Part shown: piece after piece, positions 25,701 through 33,654 of the stretch | Position numbering within the stretch: the first letter of the stretch is position 1 | How the letters are laid out: every line of letters begins with the position of its first letter | IMG/VR virus record: IMGVR_UViG_3300025084_001960 | Span: 1 to 35,283 of that record | Reading direction: 5' to 3' (one strand) | From: a virus | Taxonomy: Duplodnaviria > Caudoviricetes | Length of the DNA: 35,283 nucleotides | The notes under the pieces: generated by a model | Told to the model about the DNA's origin: nothing | Databases searched by the model: none | What the model saw: the letters and a program-made list of their open reading frames with translations, nothing else | Made by a program: the position numbers and the translations under genes

Positions 25701-28700
25701 AGAACCTACAAGTGTAGCTCTTGAGATGGTAGCTTCAGGATTTGGGTCAGAAGTAGGGTCTACCACAGATAGAGACTTGTTAATTTCATGGCAGCATCCT
25801 GTAACAACAAGAGTAGATGATAACGGTAATAATATTAATGATGTCTATGAACATTTATCAGGATATGAAATTGCTTACAGACATCCAGGAGTAGACGATC
25901 CAGACAAGTTCATAAGAATAACTATTCCTAGTTTAAATACTACTTCCCACACTCTTGCAGAAGTTAGTGGAAACGGTGAAATAATAGTTAGGGTTAGAAC
26001 AATAAATACTTTAGGAATTACTTCTTCTTGGGAACAAAGAAGACTTACTGTGAATGAAGATAAGATTCTACCGTTTGGTGTACCTACTTTAGGAGAGGGA
26101 CTAAATGGCGGAATAATGAAGGGCGGTATATTATCTTGCCCTATAAATATAGAATCTGCAAATGGTACTGTAACTTTTGCAACTAGTAGTTACACATTTG
26201 ATTCTCCTAGTTCAGAAGAAGAAAGTACAATAACAGTTAGTTCTGGAAATACAGCATTTACAACACAAGCAGACTTTGATAACTTATCAGACGGACAAAC
26301 TGGATATTTATTATTAGACCACGATGGTAGTTTATCACGAGGAGCAACTCGTACTGATTTATTACAACCTATTGTATTCCACACAGAAGAAACAACAACA
26401 GATATAGACGGCAATGAAAATTATTTTAAATATGTAAAAAGACTTGGAGAATCAAACGAAGATTTCGTACAAGCAAGTGGTACTATAACTTTATCAGCAA
26501 ATTCAACAGAAGTTTCAGGAAGCAGTACAGCATTTACAACAGACTTTGAACCAGGAGATGTCATAATAATAGACACTGCTGGTGCGACTAGATTCTTTTC
26601 TACAGTAAGTCATATAACAAGCGATACCGCACTTAGCCTATCCACAGTTTCAACAAGATCATATAGCGGTAAGAATGTATTTAGACAAGCTCTCAGAATA
26701 TCAAATGCAGAAGATTGTATATTAGGTTCAGTAACTAATACATCAGGTGTCTACTCCTTTATAAACTTTTCTAGTGGGAACAGAGGAATAGATGCTTATA
26801 GTATAAATGGTACAAACGAAAACCATAACTTTCCTTCAAATGCAGCAGGAGTTGTTAGTGACTTCTCAAGTTTTTCAAATTCATACACAGTCAATAAAGG
26901 CACTATAAGCTATACTTTTGCAAGTAGCGGCTCAGCAACAAACACTTTCGGACTGTCTACTGCAGATACAAACTGTACTACAGTAGTAAACTCTAGCACG
27001 GGTGCTATTACAGTTACAGCAATAACAGCTGATACAGCTTCTTTCGTAGTTACACTAACAGATAGAGGAACTAATGAAACCATAGGAACAAGAGTAGTTT
27101 CTTTAGGTAAAAGTATTCCAGGAGCAACAGGAGCAGGTACAGACTCAAGAACAGTAAATTTAACAGCAAGTGATTACTCAATAACCTATGCGGCAGACGG
27201 AACAACACCGAGCCCTAGTGGAACAATTACATTAACAGCAACATCACAAAACTTTAGTGACCCTTATTTTAAATTTACAGGAGATGGTATATCTGATGAA
27301 ACAAGTTTCACAGATGGTTCAGGCGCATCAGATACCTTTAGTTTTAGCATACCTTCTACTATAAATACTAATCCAAGAACAATTAAAGTTGGAGTATCAG
27401 AAGCAAACCAAACAGAACTTGCGTTTGATACAATCACAATCACTTCTCTACAACAAGGTAGTCAAGGTACAGACGGTGCACCAGCTTATACAGCTATCGT
27501 TACAAATGAAGCCCATACGTTCCCTTCTTCTAACACAGGAGTTGTAAGCAGCTTTGCAGGATCAGGCACAAAAATAGAAGTCTATAAAGGAGCAACTCAA
27601 CTTACTCCAGTAGCAAATACTGGTACTCCTGGAACAGGTCAGTATGATATAACTACTACAGCAACTAATATAACTGTAGGAAGTTTTACATTAAACACGG
27701 GAAGCGAAAAAAATATTACAGTCGCAGACCATAGCGGTGTTGCAAATGGTACTGATAACTCAGAAATAGAATATAGCATAAATATAGAAAATAATGTAAC
27801 ACTCACAAAAGCACAAACATTTACAAAATCTAAAAAAGGTACTGATGGAGAAGATGGAGACACAGGTAGAAAAGTAAAAGAGTTAATTTTATACTATCCA
27901 GCGTCATTCAATAATAATACGTTTACAATACCAACAACACCTACATCGGGAGTATATCATTTTGGCAATAATGTTATAGCAAGTATAGCTGCAGGTTGGC
28001 AACAAGCATTACCAGAAGATTCTGATGGAGCACTCTATTGGACATCAGAAGCTCTCGCTACAGAAAGTTCAACAGCTAATACTTCTGGAAGTTTATCTTG
28101 GTCTGCACCAGGTAATTCTAAGTTCCCTGTCAATCAGGTAGAGTTTATATTTATAAGAAGTGCAAATCAACCCGCAACTCCAAGTGCAACAAACTACCCT
28201 GCTTTACCAAATCTTTGGTATGATGATATAGGAGATGTACCTTCAGGAGCTAATCCAATATGGGTAGCAAAAGGAACAACAACATTTAGTATTGCAAGTG
28301 GAGTATATAAATATATAACTACTTGGCAAGCCCCTACAAGAATAGAAGGCGCGGATGGAACAGACGGAACAGATGGAGATGACGGAGATGATGGAGCATC
28401 AAACTTTACAATCTTCCAAGAGTCTGCAAGTCAACCCGCTACTCCAAGTGCAGGAACTCCAAATCCACCAACAAGTAGTTGGTACTCTACTCTTACTGCC
28501 GCAAGAAACGCAGTATCTGGAAATGGATTAGTATGGTTCTCTGTAGGTACAAAACCAGGAACAAGTAATACAATTACTTGGAGTGTACCTATAAGATATG
28601 TAGAACTATATGACCATGTAGGCGGAACAAAACCACCTGAAGATGCTAACAAATTTACAGTACCTACTAATACTACGGATGGTATATTTAGTTTTGATAT

Positions 28701-30228
28701 AAATGGAGTTACTGATACTTACGAAGTATTTGATTCAACAAGTAGAACTCGTTTTGGCCTTTTAAGAGCTGGACAAGACCCTTTAGATAGCACTAAATCA
28801 ATTAGAAATGCAGGTATAACTCTAACGAGCGCCGGAGCATTATCAGGAGCAGGTGGAGGAACACTAGACCTTGAAGATATAAATGATACAGGTAATACTA
28901 AAACAGGTGCTTCGAGAGGATTTGCAGGTTTAACTTCAACTGGAGATGTATCTAGAACAGTCCCAGTAAGCGTAGGTGGAACAGGTCAAACAAATACAAA
29001 TAAATTCTTAAATAGTGGCATAGCGATTAGTCAAGGAAACTCTGGTGTATTTACACTAACAAAAGGAGACGGTACAACTGATACCACTACTATAACAAAA
29101 GCCAAACTAGGTCTTTCATACACAGATGGCGCTGATATTACTGGAGATAACACTGCTAATGATGTTACCAATGTAAATGGCACAGCAGCCTCAACAGTTC
29201 AAGGAGGAGCTGCAAGAGCTACTGCAGGTTTAACTTCAACTGGAGATGTAAATAGACCAGTACCTACATTGAAAGGTGGAACAGGGCAAACAAACACAAA
29301 TAAATTCTTAAATAGTGACTTAGGAATTAGCTTAGACGGTACTACTATTACACTTACAAAAGCAGGAGATACTAACTCAACCGATACAGTACCTTCTACA
29401 CTCAAAAACTCTACTATAGCAATTAATGCTACAACAGGAGTTATAACTGGTATTACTGGAGATGGTATTGCTATAAGAAATGATAAGACTACTGCAGCTC
29501 AAGTTGGATTAGGCAACGTAGATAATACAAGTGATGCAGATGTTGTACTAGCAGCCAGGGCAGCTACAACAGCGGCTGATGTTGGTTTAGGTAATGTAGA
29601 CAACGCAAACACTGCCACCATATTATCAGGTGATCTAACTGGTACTGTAAACGGTACTGCAGTAGCTACTATTAAGTCTGGAGCAGCCGCAGGTGCTACA
29701 GCTAACCAAGACTCTACAGCCTCTATATTAGCGGGTGATCTAACTGGTACTGTAAACGGTACTGCAGTAGCTACTATTAAGTCTGGAGCAGCCCTAGGTG
29801 CTACATCTAACCAAGACTCTACTAGTGCTATACGAGCAGGAACTACTAAAGCCAATGTAGGTTTAGCATTAGTACCAAATCTTGATATGAGTAACGCGAG
29901 TAATATAACCTCAGGCTCCATACCTATCGCTAGAACACCTACTACGGTTAGAAATTCTAGTATTAGTTTTAGTAGACCGACTACAGGAACTTTAAGATTA
30001 AACAATGGCTCAAATAACGATATAACACTAACAGCAGCTGATGCTCAAATAACATCAGATTCAAGTGGTATCAAAGTAGCTAATGTAACAAAAGCAACAC
30101 ATAATGGTACTGCTATAAATTCATCAGGTAACGTAACCTCAAGTATGAGTGTTGCCTCTGGCGGAAGTATAGTAGTAGGAAATATAACAATAGATGGAAC
30201 AAACGGGAGAATTTTAATTACAGACTAA
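22774..30228 (+). CDS. Central tail fibre / tip attachment protein, lambda gpJ-like, 2484 aa
   Basis: LSEGPIEGL, LSYPYSA, WDGNF, SNPVWIFMDLMTNPRYGLG, YCDELVPDGKGGQEPRF, AFGCTSKGQAMRYGKW, LRPGDVI; then FnIII/Ig-like and fibre repeats. Confidence 0.92.
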   Translation: MAIRIINDNENEPVVGGDLPTTSSNGMTREQTAIIYDTLSEGPIEGLVDQGASIKLNGNPAYNYGDKDIVAILDSNDISYVASTGVITDNNNPSFIDSANIDQGSRDILIVGGSKAGTITTTIGSTTLTSASGFTFAASDVIGEGEKRLQPQIRITSAGIDGSDLITTITEFISSTSVKVALAPSASVSGTAVELDYVGTVSSYDNSNNRVTITAGGRNVSNVSATLSTPERTEEQAPLAKYDNFLWAFRNGERDQSYLPTPSGVGSGSAAYSVNGGDLKTVPNTGYPTWSQLRVSIGDNPAYSGTTKTVTADEMGIDNPGEVDLIRCTFNFPQGCYKWKAKDSTLRHAGALIRIKFHYQRGSNAYKTVIVNGASSYSNLRRKEGYTPDDGHYATGGFSNRTKQGFNYLFEFDISKYGPFDDYYLTFERINEVGGEYGNWVVQNNAVLKIVENIVMDRLSYPYSAFGAVIVDAQDFSSIPKRSYEIRGLKVQVPTNYFPKDELIQGSSIRRTTPSYTRNVSTGADTSNYVDWDGNFRGDIKTFAPGNANYDTVYTSNPVWIFMDLMTNPRYGLGQYINPDFDFSQIDRYTLYGLAKYCDELVPDGKGGQEPRFECNVYIQKSTSAIKILKDFSSTMRSMLIWWNGSVTLGANIQKGAVYTFTKSNVMDGTFNYAGTSTRFKHNQVIVTWTNPEKQYKQDNVVIEDSSNIAKTGQVKTKNVTAFGCTSKGQAMRYGKWHLFSELNEEEIVSFSTGINGAMLRPGDVINIQDPDVHDVVASGRVTTTSSSSSTVIKTDRDISSFLNTTDNFNLHLIYPKGGAYLTQQSATINSIDYKQGDLVLLDEAGAAIDTDTKASNVRDDSGSIVQLFWSDQVRVETKPISSFNTTSVTVSSAFSSAPNAEVIYTVSGQEEDGGNVAGSLKEYIVTSIKEDITSLTFAISAQEYKPEKFTKIDRGYIIPDIPTVMQPPKDTDAVPEPTSVALEMVASGFGSEVGSTTDRDLLISWQHPVTTRVDDNGNNINDVYEHLSGYEIAYRHPGVDDPDKFIRITIPSLNTTSHTLAEVSGNGEIIVRVRTINTLGITSSWEQRRLTVNEDKILPFGVPTLGEGLNGGIMKGGILSCPINIESANGTVTFATSSYTFDSPSSEEESTITVSSGNTAFTTQADFDNLSDGQTGYLLLDHDGSLSRGATRTDLLQPIVFHTEETTTDIDGNENYFKYVKRLGESNEDFVQASGTITLSANSTEVSGSSTAFTTDFEPGDVIIIDTAGATRFFSTVSHITSDTALSLSTVSTRSYSGKNVFRQALRISNAEDCILGSVTNTSGVYSFINFSSGNRGIDAYSINGTNENHNFPSNAAGVVSDFSSFSNSYTVNKGTISYTFASSGSATNTFGLSTADTNCTTVVNSSTGAITVTAITADTASFVVTLTDRGTNETIGTRVVSLGKSIPGATGAGTDSRTVNLTASDYSITYAADGTTPSPSGTITLTATSQNFSDPYFKFTGDGISDETSFTDGSGASDTFSFSIPSTINTNPRTIKVGVSEANQTELAFDTITITSLQQGSQGTDGAPAYTAIVTNEAHTFPSSNTGVVSSFAGSGTKIEVYKGATQLTPVANTGTPGTGQYDITTTATNITVGSFTLNTGSEKNITVADHSGVANGTDNSEIEYSINIENNVTLTKAQTFTKSKKGTDGEDGDTGRKVKELILYYPASFNNNTFTIPTTPTSGVYHFGNNVIASIAAGWQQALPEDSDGALYWTSEALATESSTANTSGSLSWSAPGNSKFPVNQVEFIFIRSANQPATPSATNYPALPNLWYDDIGDVPSGANPIWVAKGTTTFSIASGVYKYITTWQAPTRIEGADGTDGTDGDDGDDGASNFTIFQESASQPATPSAGTPNPPTSSWYSTLTAARNAVSGNGLVWFSVGTKPGTSNTITWSVPIRYVELYDHVGGTKPPEDANKFTVPTNTTDGIFSFDINGVTDTYEVFDSTSRTRFGLLRAGQDPLDSTKSIRNAGITLTSAGALSGAGGGTLDLEDINDTGNTKTGASRGFAGLTSTGDVSRTVPVSVGGTGQTNTNKFLNSGIAISQGNSGVFTLTKGDGTTDTTTITKAKLGLSYTDGADITGDNTANDVTNVNGTAASTVQGGAARATAGLTSTGDVNRPVPTLKGGTGQTNTNKFLNSDLGISLDGTTITLTKAGDTNSTDTVPSTLKNSTIAINATTGVITGITGDGIAIRNDKTTAAQVGLGNVDNTSDADVVLAARAATTAADVGLGNVDNANTATILSGDLTGTVNGTAVATIKSGAAAGATANQDSTASILAGDLTGTVNGTAVATIKSGAALGATSNQDSTSAIRAGTTKANVGLALVPNLDMSNASNITSGSIPIARTPTTVRNSSISFSRPTTGTLRLNNGSNNDITLTAADAQITSDSSGIKVANVTKATHNGTAINSSGNVTSSMSVASGGSIVVGNITIDGTNGRILITD
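28924..29317 (+). repeat. Imperfect direct repeat, 300-bp period, within the gpJ-like gene
   Basis: GCAGGTTTAACTTCAACTGGAGATGTA...AATAAATTCTTAAATAGTG at 28924-29017 and 29224-29317 (AGLTSTGDV.R.VP...GGTGQTNTNKFLNS). Confidence 0.9.
29629..29822 (+). repeat. Near-identical tandem repeat, 105-bp period, within the gpJ-like gene
   Basis: 60 identical bp at 29629 and 29734 (GDLTGTVNGTAVATIKSGAA), continuing with few mismatches. Confidence 0.92.
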
Positions 30229-31142
30229 TGGCAAATCGAATATTATTAGGAGATATAGGAAGTACTTTCGGACTCAAAGTATCTAGAGAAGGTACTGATG
30301 TTACCACTGGAGCAGATAAAGATATGCTCTTTGACTCTAGAAAAAATAGAACAGGTCAGATATATGGAGGAGGAGCTGGTATAACATTTGTAACCGATTC
30401 TTCCGATCAAGAAGTATATATAAGAGGAACAACTAATATGTATGCTACGGCATTTTTTAATGCAGTAAACCTTACAGGTAAAAAAATTATAATAGATGGC
30501 ACAACAGTAACTCTTAGTACAACAACAACAAGTTTTGGAGTTACTTTTACAACAGCAGAAAATGTACGAGATGATATTAATAATGCAAATATTACAAATA
30601 TTACTGCATCTGTTAGTAACTTAGGTGCAAACGACAAAAGAATACGACTAGAAAAGACAAATTCTGATATGGTAATAACTTATCCTGCTTCAAACTCCTT
30701 AGAAACAATAGTAGGAATACCTGGAGCAACGTATGACTATCCTGATTTAGCTTCTACGGGAGTAAACTTTTTAACTGCTTCAGGAACAACTAAACCTAAT
30801 TTAGGATATATACCTTTAGTACTTTTATCAGAGCAACATGCAGGGGGATATGAAGGAGAATACGACGATGAGGAACAATTTTATGAATCTGTAAATAGAC
30901 TCAATCTATGGAAAACTACTTCTAGTACTATACACCCAGTAGCCGCACAGGCAACTCTTCCTGCTGATCAATCTGTTCAGGGTACGGCTGTAGGCGCTCC
31001 TGTAAGTACAGGAAGATTTTATGAATATAGTGATGCAGACGAAGACAATCCTACAGAAACAGAAATGGTTAATGCAAGTTTCTTTGTAATAAGAATACCT
31101 TGTGCATATGGATATATGACAACTACTTATTTTGGAACATAA
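30228..31142 (+). CDS. Tip-associated protein, paralog 1 (MANRILLG family)
   Basis: TAATG-coupled to gpJ; MANRILLG...FGLKVSREG.DV......FDS. Confidence 0.75.
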   Translation: MANRILLGDIGSTFGLKVSREGTDVTTGADKDMLFDSRKNRTGQIYGGGAGITFVTDSSDQEVYIRGTTNMYATAFFNAVNLTGKKIIIDGTTVTLSTTTTSFGVTFTTAENVRDDINNANITNITASVSNLGANDKRIRLEKTNSDMVITYPASNSLETIVGIPGATYDYPDLASTGVNFLTASGTTKPNLGYIPLVLLSEQHAGGYEGEYDDEEQFYESVNRLNLWKTTSSTIHPVAAQATLPADQSVQGTAVGAPVSTGRFYEYSDADEDNPTETEMVNASFFVIRIPCAYGYMTTTYFGT

Positions 31143-31144
31143 TT

Positions 31145-31624
31145 ATGGCAAATAGAATAATACTAGGAAAGAACACAAACAGTAATCATGGACACAGTTC
31201 AGGTACTCCAGGATTTGGACTTTACATATCAAGGCCTGGAAAAGATGTAACTACTTGTACTGCAGATGAATTAATTTTTAATACTGATAACGGAACAGGA
31301 ACAAGTTTAGGAAGAATAATATCTATGTACCAACTTGCACCAATACCACAAGCAGGAGGAGGAACAAATACCACCACCACTTCCAGTATAGCAGCAGGAA
31401 ATGCAGTAACTTTAGACTTAAGTAGTATAGACTTTGGTGTTGGTTTTGGATTCATAGGGTTCGGACTTTTAGCTCCGACAACATACGGAGGATCGGGAGC
31501 TCAGTCTTATAATTATAATGTAAGTGAGTCTTTGGAAACAATAACTATCGAAAATACAGGAGCAGCATCTTTAACTGTAAAATCGTTTGTAGTACCTAGG
31601 TACTCTAATCTGGCACTATTCTAA
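31145..31624 (+). CDS. Tip-associated protein, paralog 2 (start revised from 31100)
   Basis: ATG 31145 gives MANRIILG...FGLYISRPGKDV.....FNT, matching its paralogs. Confidence 0.75.
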   Translation: MANRIILGKNTNSNHGHSSGTPGFGLYISRPGKDVTTCTADELIFNTDNGTGTSLGRIISMYQLAPIPQAGGGTNTTTTSSIAAGNAVTLDLSSIDFGVGFGFIGFGLLAPTTYGGSGAQSYNYNVSESLETITIENTGAASLTVKSFVVPRYSNLALF

Positions 31625-32241
31625 TGGCAAATCGAGTATTACTAGGGAAAAGAGGAAGCACAGATTACGGGTTATTTGTATCTAGATCAGGACAAGATGT
31701 ACTAACTTCTACTGAGCCTTTAGGGTTTGATTCAAGAGCCGCAGAAAGTCTTATTGTACATTCAGCATCACAAGGAATATTAGTTCCAAATGTTCAAAAT
31801 AGCTCAGGAACACAAGTTAGCTTTGTATTTAATGGAGTAACCTATAATCAACATACTGAAACTATTACACATAATTTAGGTTATGTACCTTGTTTTGCAG
31901 TACGATTTTGCACTTATAATCAAATTACTAGTGGTTTAGCAACTGAGGTCTATCCTCCTTTTTCATATTACATAGATAAAAGCGCTTATACTGAAGAGGG
32001 AGACGAAGAAGGGGAAGAAATAGAACATCCAGGAAGCACTGCAGAAAGTGGACTACTAGTAAGCAGCGTAACAAATAATACTATAGTATTAAAAAACACG
32101 GTAAGAATGCATCATGACGATGATACAAGTGAAACAGCAGCAGGGTATATGACAGGAACAATTCCTTTTACTGATTCTAGATATTTTTGGAGTTGTGTAA
32201 TATTTACAGCAGAAAATTTTTTAAACGGAGAAAGTTTATGA
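31624..32241 (+). CDS. Tip-associated protein, paralog 3
   Basis: MANRVLLG...YGLFVSRSGQDV......FDS; HNLGYVP. Confidence 0.75.
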   Translation: MANRVLLGKRGSTDYGLFVSRSGQDVLTSTEPLGFDSRAAESLIVHSASQGILVPNVQNSSGTQVSFVFNGVTYNQHTETITHNLGYVPCFAVRFCTYNQITSGLATEVYPPFSYYIDKSAYTEEGDEEGEEIEHPGSTAESGLLVSSVTNNTIVLKNTVRMHHDDDTSETAAGYMTGTIPFTDSRYFWSCVIFTAENFLNGESL

Positions 32242-32657
32242 TATATAATATATTTTATGATAATAATAAAAGCATAGTGTGGTCTACTACAGGACTAATT
32301 AATGACGCAATAAAAAGCGCACAAGCAGATTTAGGAAACAGTCATGTTGCCTTAGAATCTGAAAATATACCTGATGGCAATTTCTATGTAAATAGTGATG
32401 CAACTGCTTTAGTCGAGAAAAGTATATTTAACTGTGTGTTTTCAACAATAAATCCTGCTCTTGATGAAGTAGTCAATGTAACAGGTGTTCCCGCAGGTAC
32501 AGAAGTATTTAAAGATGGAGAGTCTGTAGGAGTTATGACAGATACTACATTAACACTTACTACTCAAGAACCTGGTCAGTATATAATAAAATTTAAAAAG
32601 CTTCACTATAAAGAACATAGTGGAACAACAATAACAGTAAAGAGGTATGGACAATGA
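32238..32657 (+). CDS. Hypothetical tail-associated protein (start revised from 32187)
   Basis: SD GGAG 32227-32230 and ATGA overlap at 32238; VTGVPAGTEV...PGQY.I beta-rich C-terminus. Confidence 0.7.
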   Translation: MIYNIFYDNNKSIVWSTTGLINDAIKSAQADLGNSHVALESENIPDGNFYVNSDATALVEKSIFNCVFSTINPALDEVVNVTGVPAGTEVFKDGESVGVMTDTTLTLTTQEPGQYIIKFKKLHYKEHSGTTITVKRYGQ

Positions 32658-32839
32658 ATATAAATTTAAGCAAAGGAGAAACTCCAGCACAACAAAGAGC
32701 TAAGTATTATACACAACTAAAAGAACAGTTAGATAATTTATACCACGATATTGATTCTGGTAAGTTTGGCGATACAGCAAAAACTGGAGAATTTTATCTA
32801 GCTAGGAAAGCTGTTAAAGACAAATTCCCAAACTCGTAA
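32654..32839 (+). CDS. Small tail-fibre-associated protein (EQLD.LYHDI...VKDKFP type)
   Basis: ATGA-coupled; recalled as a motif common beside fibre genes of aquatic phages. Confidence 0.7.
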   Translation: MNINLSKGETPAQQRAKYYTQLKEQLDNLYHDIDSGKFGDTAKTGEFYLARKAVKDKFPNS

Positions 32840-32856
32840 GTCGAGCGTATACCGCT

Positions 32857-32897
32857 CAAAAATAGTTCTTGACACCACCTCATATTTTTGATATAAT
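32857..32897 (+). promoter_or_regulatory. Consensus sigma70 promoter for the side-fibre module
   Basis: CAAAAATAGTTC, then TTGACA 32869-32874, 17-bp spacer with TG 32889-32890, TATAAT 32892-32897. Confidence 0.9.
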
Positions 32898-32917
32898 TTA
32901 GCATATAGGAGTATAAT

Positions 32918-33256
32918 ATGGCAGCAGGAAATTATGATATAGTTATCGATCAAGGATCGGACTTTAGCTTAGAATTCGCACTATCAGAAGACGGAGAAGC
33001 AATACCAATCAGTACACACACTGTTACGGCACAGCTTCGCCCTACCCCCTCATCCACTACTCTTACAGCAACATTTACTTGTGTAGTAACAGACGCATCT
33101 AATGGTAAGTTCACTATGAAACTTGGACATGCCGTTACTGCTAATATTGCCGCAGGTAAGTATTATTATGATACTGAAATTTTCAATTCTAGTGCTAATA
33201 CAATTACTAGACTTGTACAGGGTGTAGCGAGAGTTACTCAAAACGTGACAAGATAA
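32918..33256 (+). CDS. Beta-sandwich fibre collar/adaptor (T5 p132/LtfC- or BppU-N-like)
   Basis: SD AGGAG; YDIVIDQGSDF...AQLR...GKYYYD.EI...TRLVQG..V...VTR. Confidence 0.7.
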   Translation: MAAGNYDIVIDQGSDFSLEFALSEDGEAIPISTHTVTAQLRPTPSSTTLTATFTCVVTDASNGKFTMKLGHAVTANIAAGKYYYDTEIFNSSANTITRLVQGVARVTQNVTR

Positions 33257-33636
33257 TGGCAACAACTATATCAATTACTCCACAAAAACAAACATTAAGC
33301 GCTACCGCCCAAACTACTACCTTAACCATATCAAATGCAGTAGGTGGTGATGTTACAGACGCCGCAGGAATTACACTTACTTCCCCAGTAGGTACACTTA
33401 CAGGCAAAGAAAACGTACAAGATGCTCTAAATTTTTTAGCAAATCAATTTTTTGTATCAACAACAGCTCCTACGTCAAGTACAACAGACTTGGCAGAAGG
33501 AGATTTATATTATGATACTGATGACAATCAGTTAAAGATCTACCGAGAAATAACAACTGGAAACTTTGAATTTGTTCCTATAATGATAGGTAACAACTCA
33601 GCGGACTCAGACACGGTAGACGCAGGGAGCTTTTAA
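33256..33636 (+). CDS. Small fibre-module structural protein
   Basis: NVQDAL, APTS...EGDLYYDT...LKIY, C-terminal DAGSF. Confidence 0.7.
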   Translation: MATTISITPQKQTLSATAQTTTLTISNAVGGDVTDAAGITLTSPVGTLTGKENVQDALNFLANQFFVSTTAPTSSTTDLAEGDLYYDTDDNQLKIYREITTGNFEFVPIMIGNNSADSDTVDAGSF

Positions 33637-33654
33637 GCTCGATAGGATAAAATC

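Noticed and set aside
28924-29822. Repeat pairs as a diversity-generating retroelement TR/VR
   Set aside because: Both copies are in-frame within one gene, mismatches are not confined to adenines, and no reverse transcriptase is present in the window.
31100-32237. ORF-track starts at 31100 and 32187
   Set aside because: Paralog alignment and SD/ATGA coupling support 31145 and 32238 instead.
32843-32862. Hairpin as an intrinsic terminator
   Set aside because: It is followed by A's on the + strand, and the T-run precedes the stem on the - strand, so neither orientation fits.
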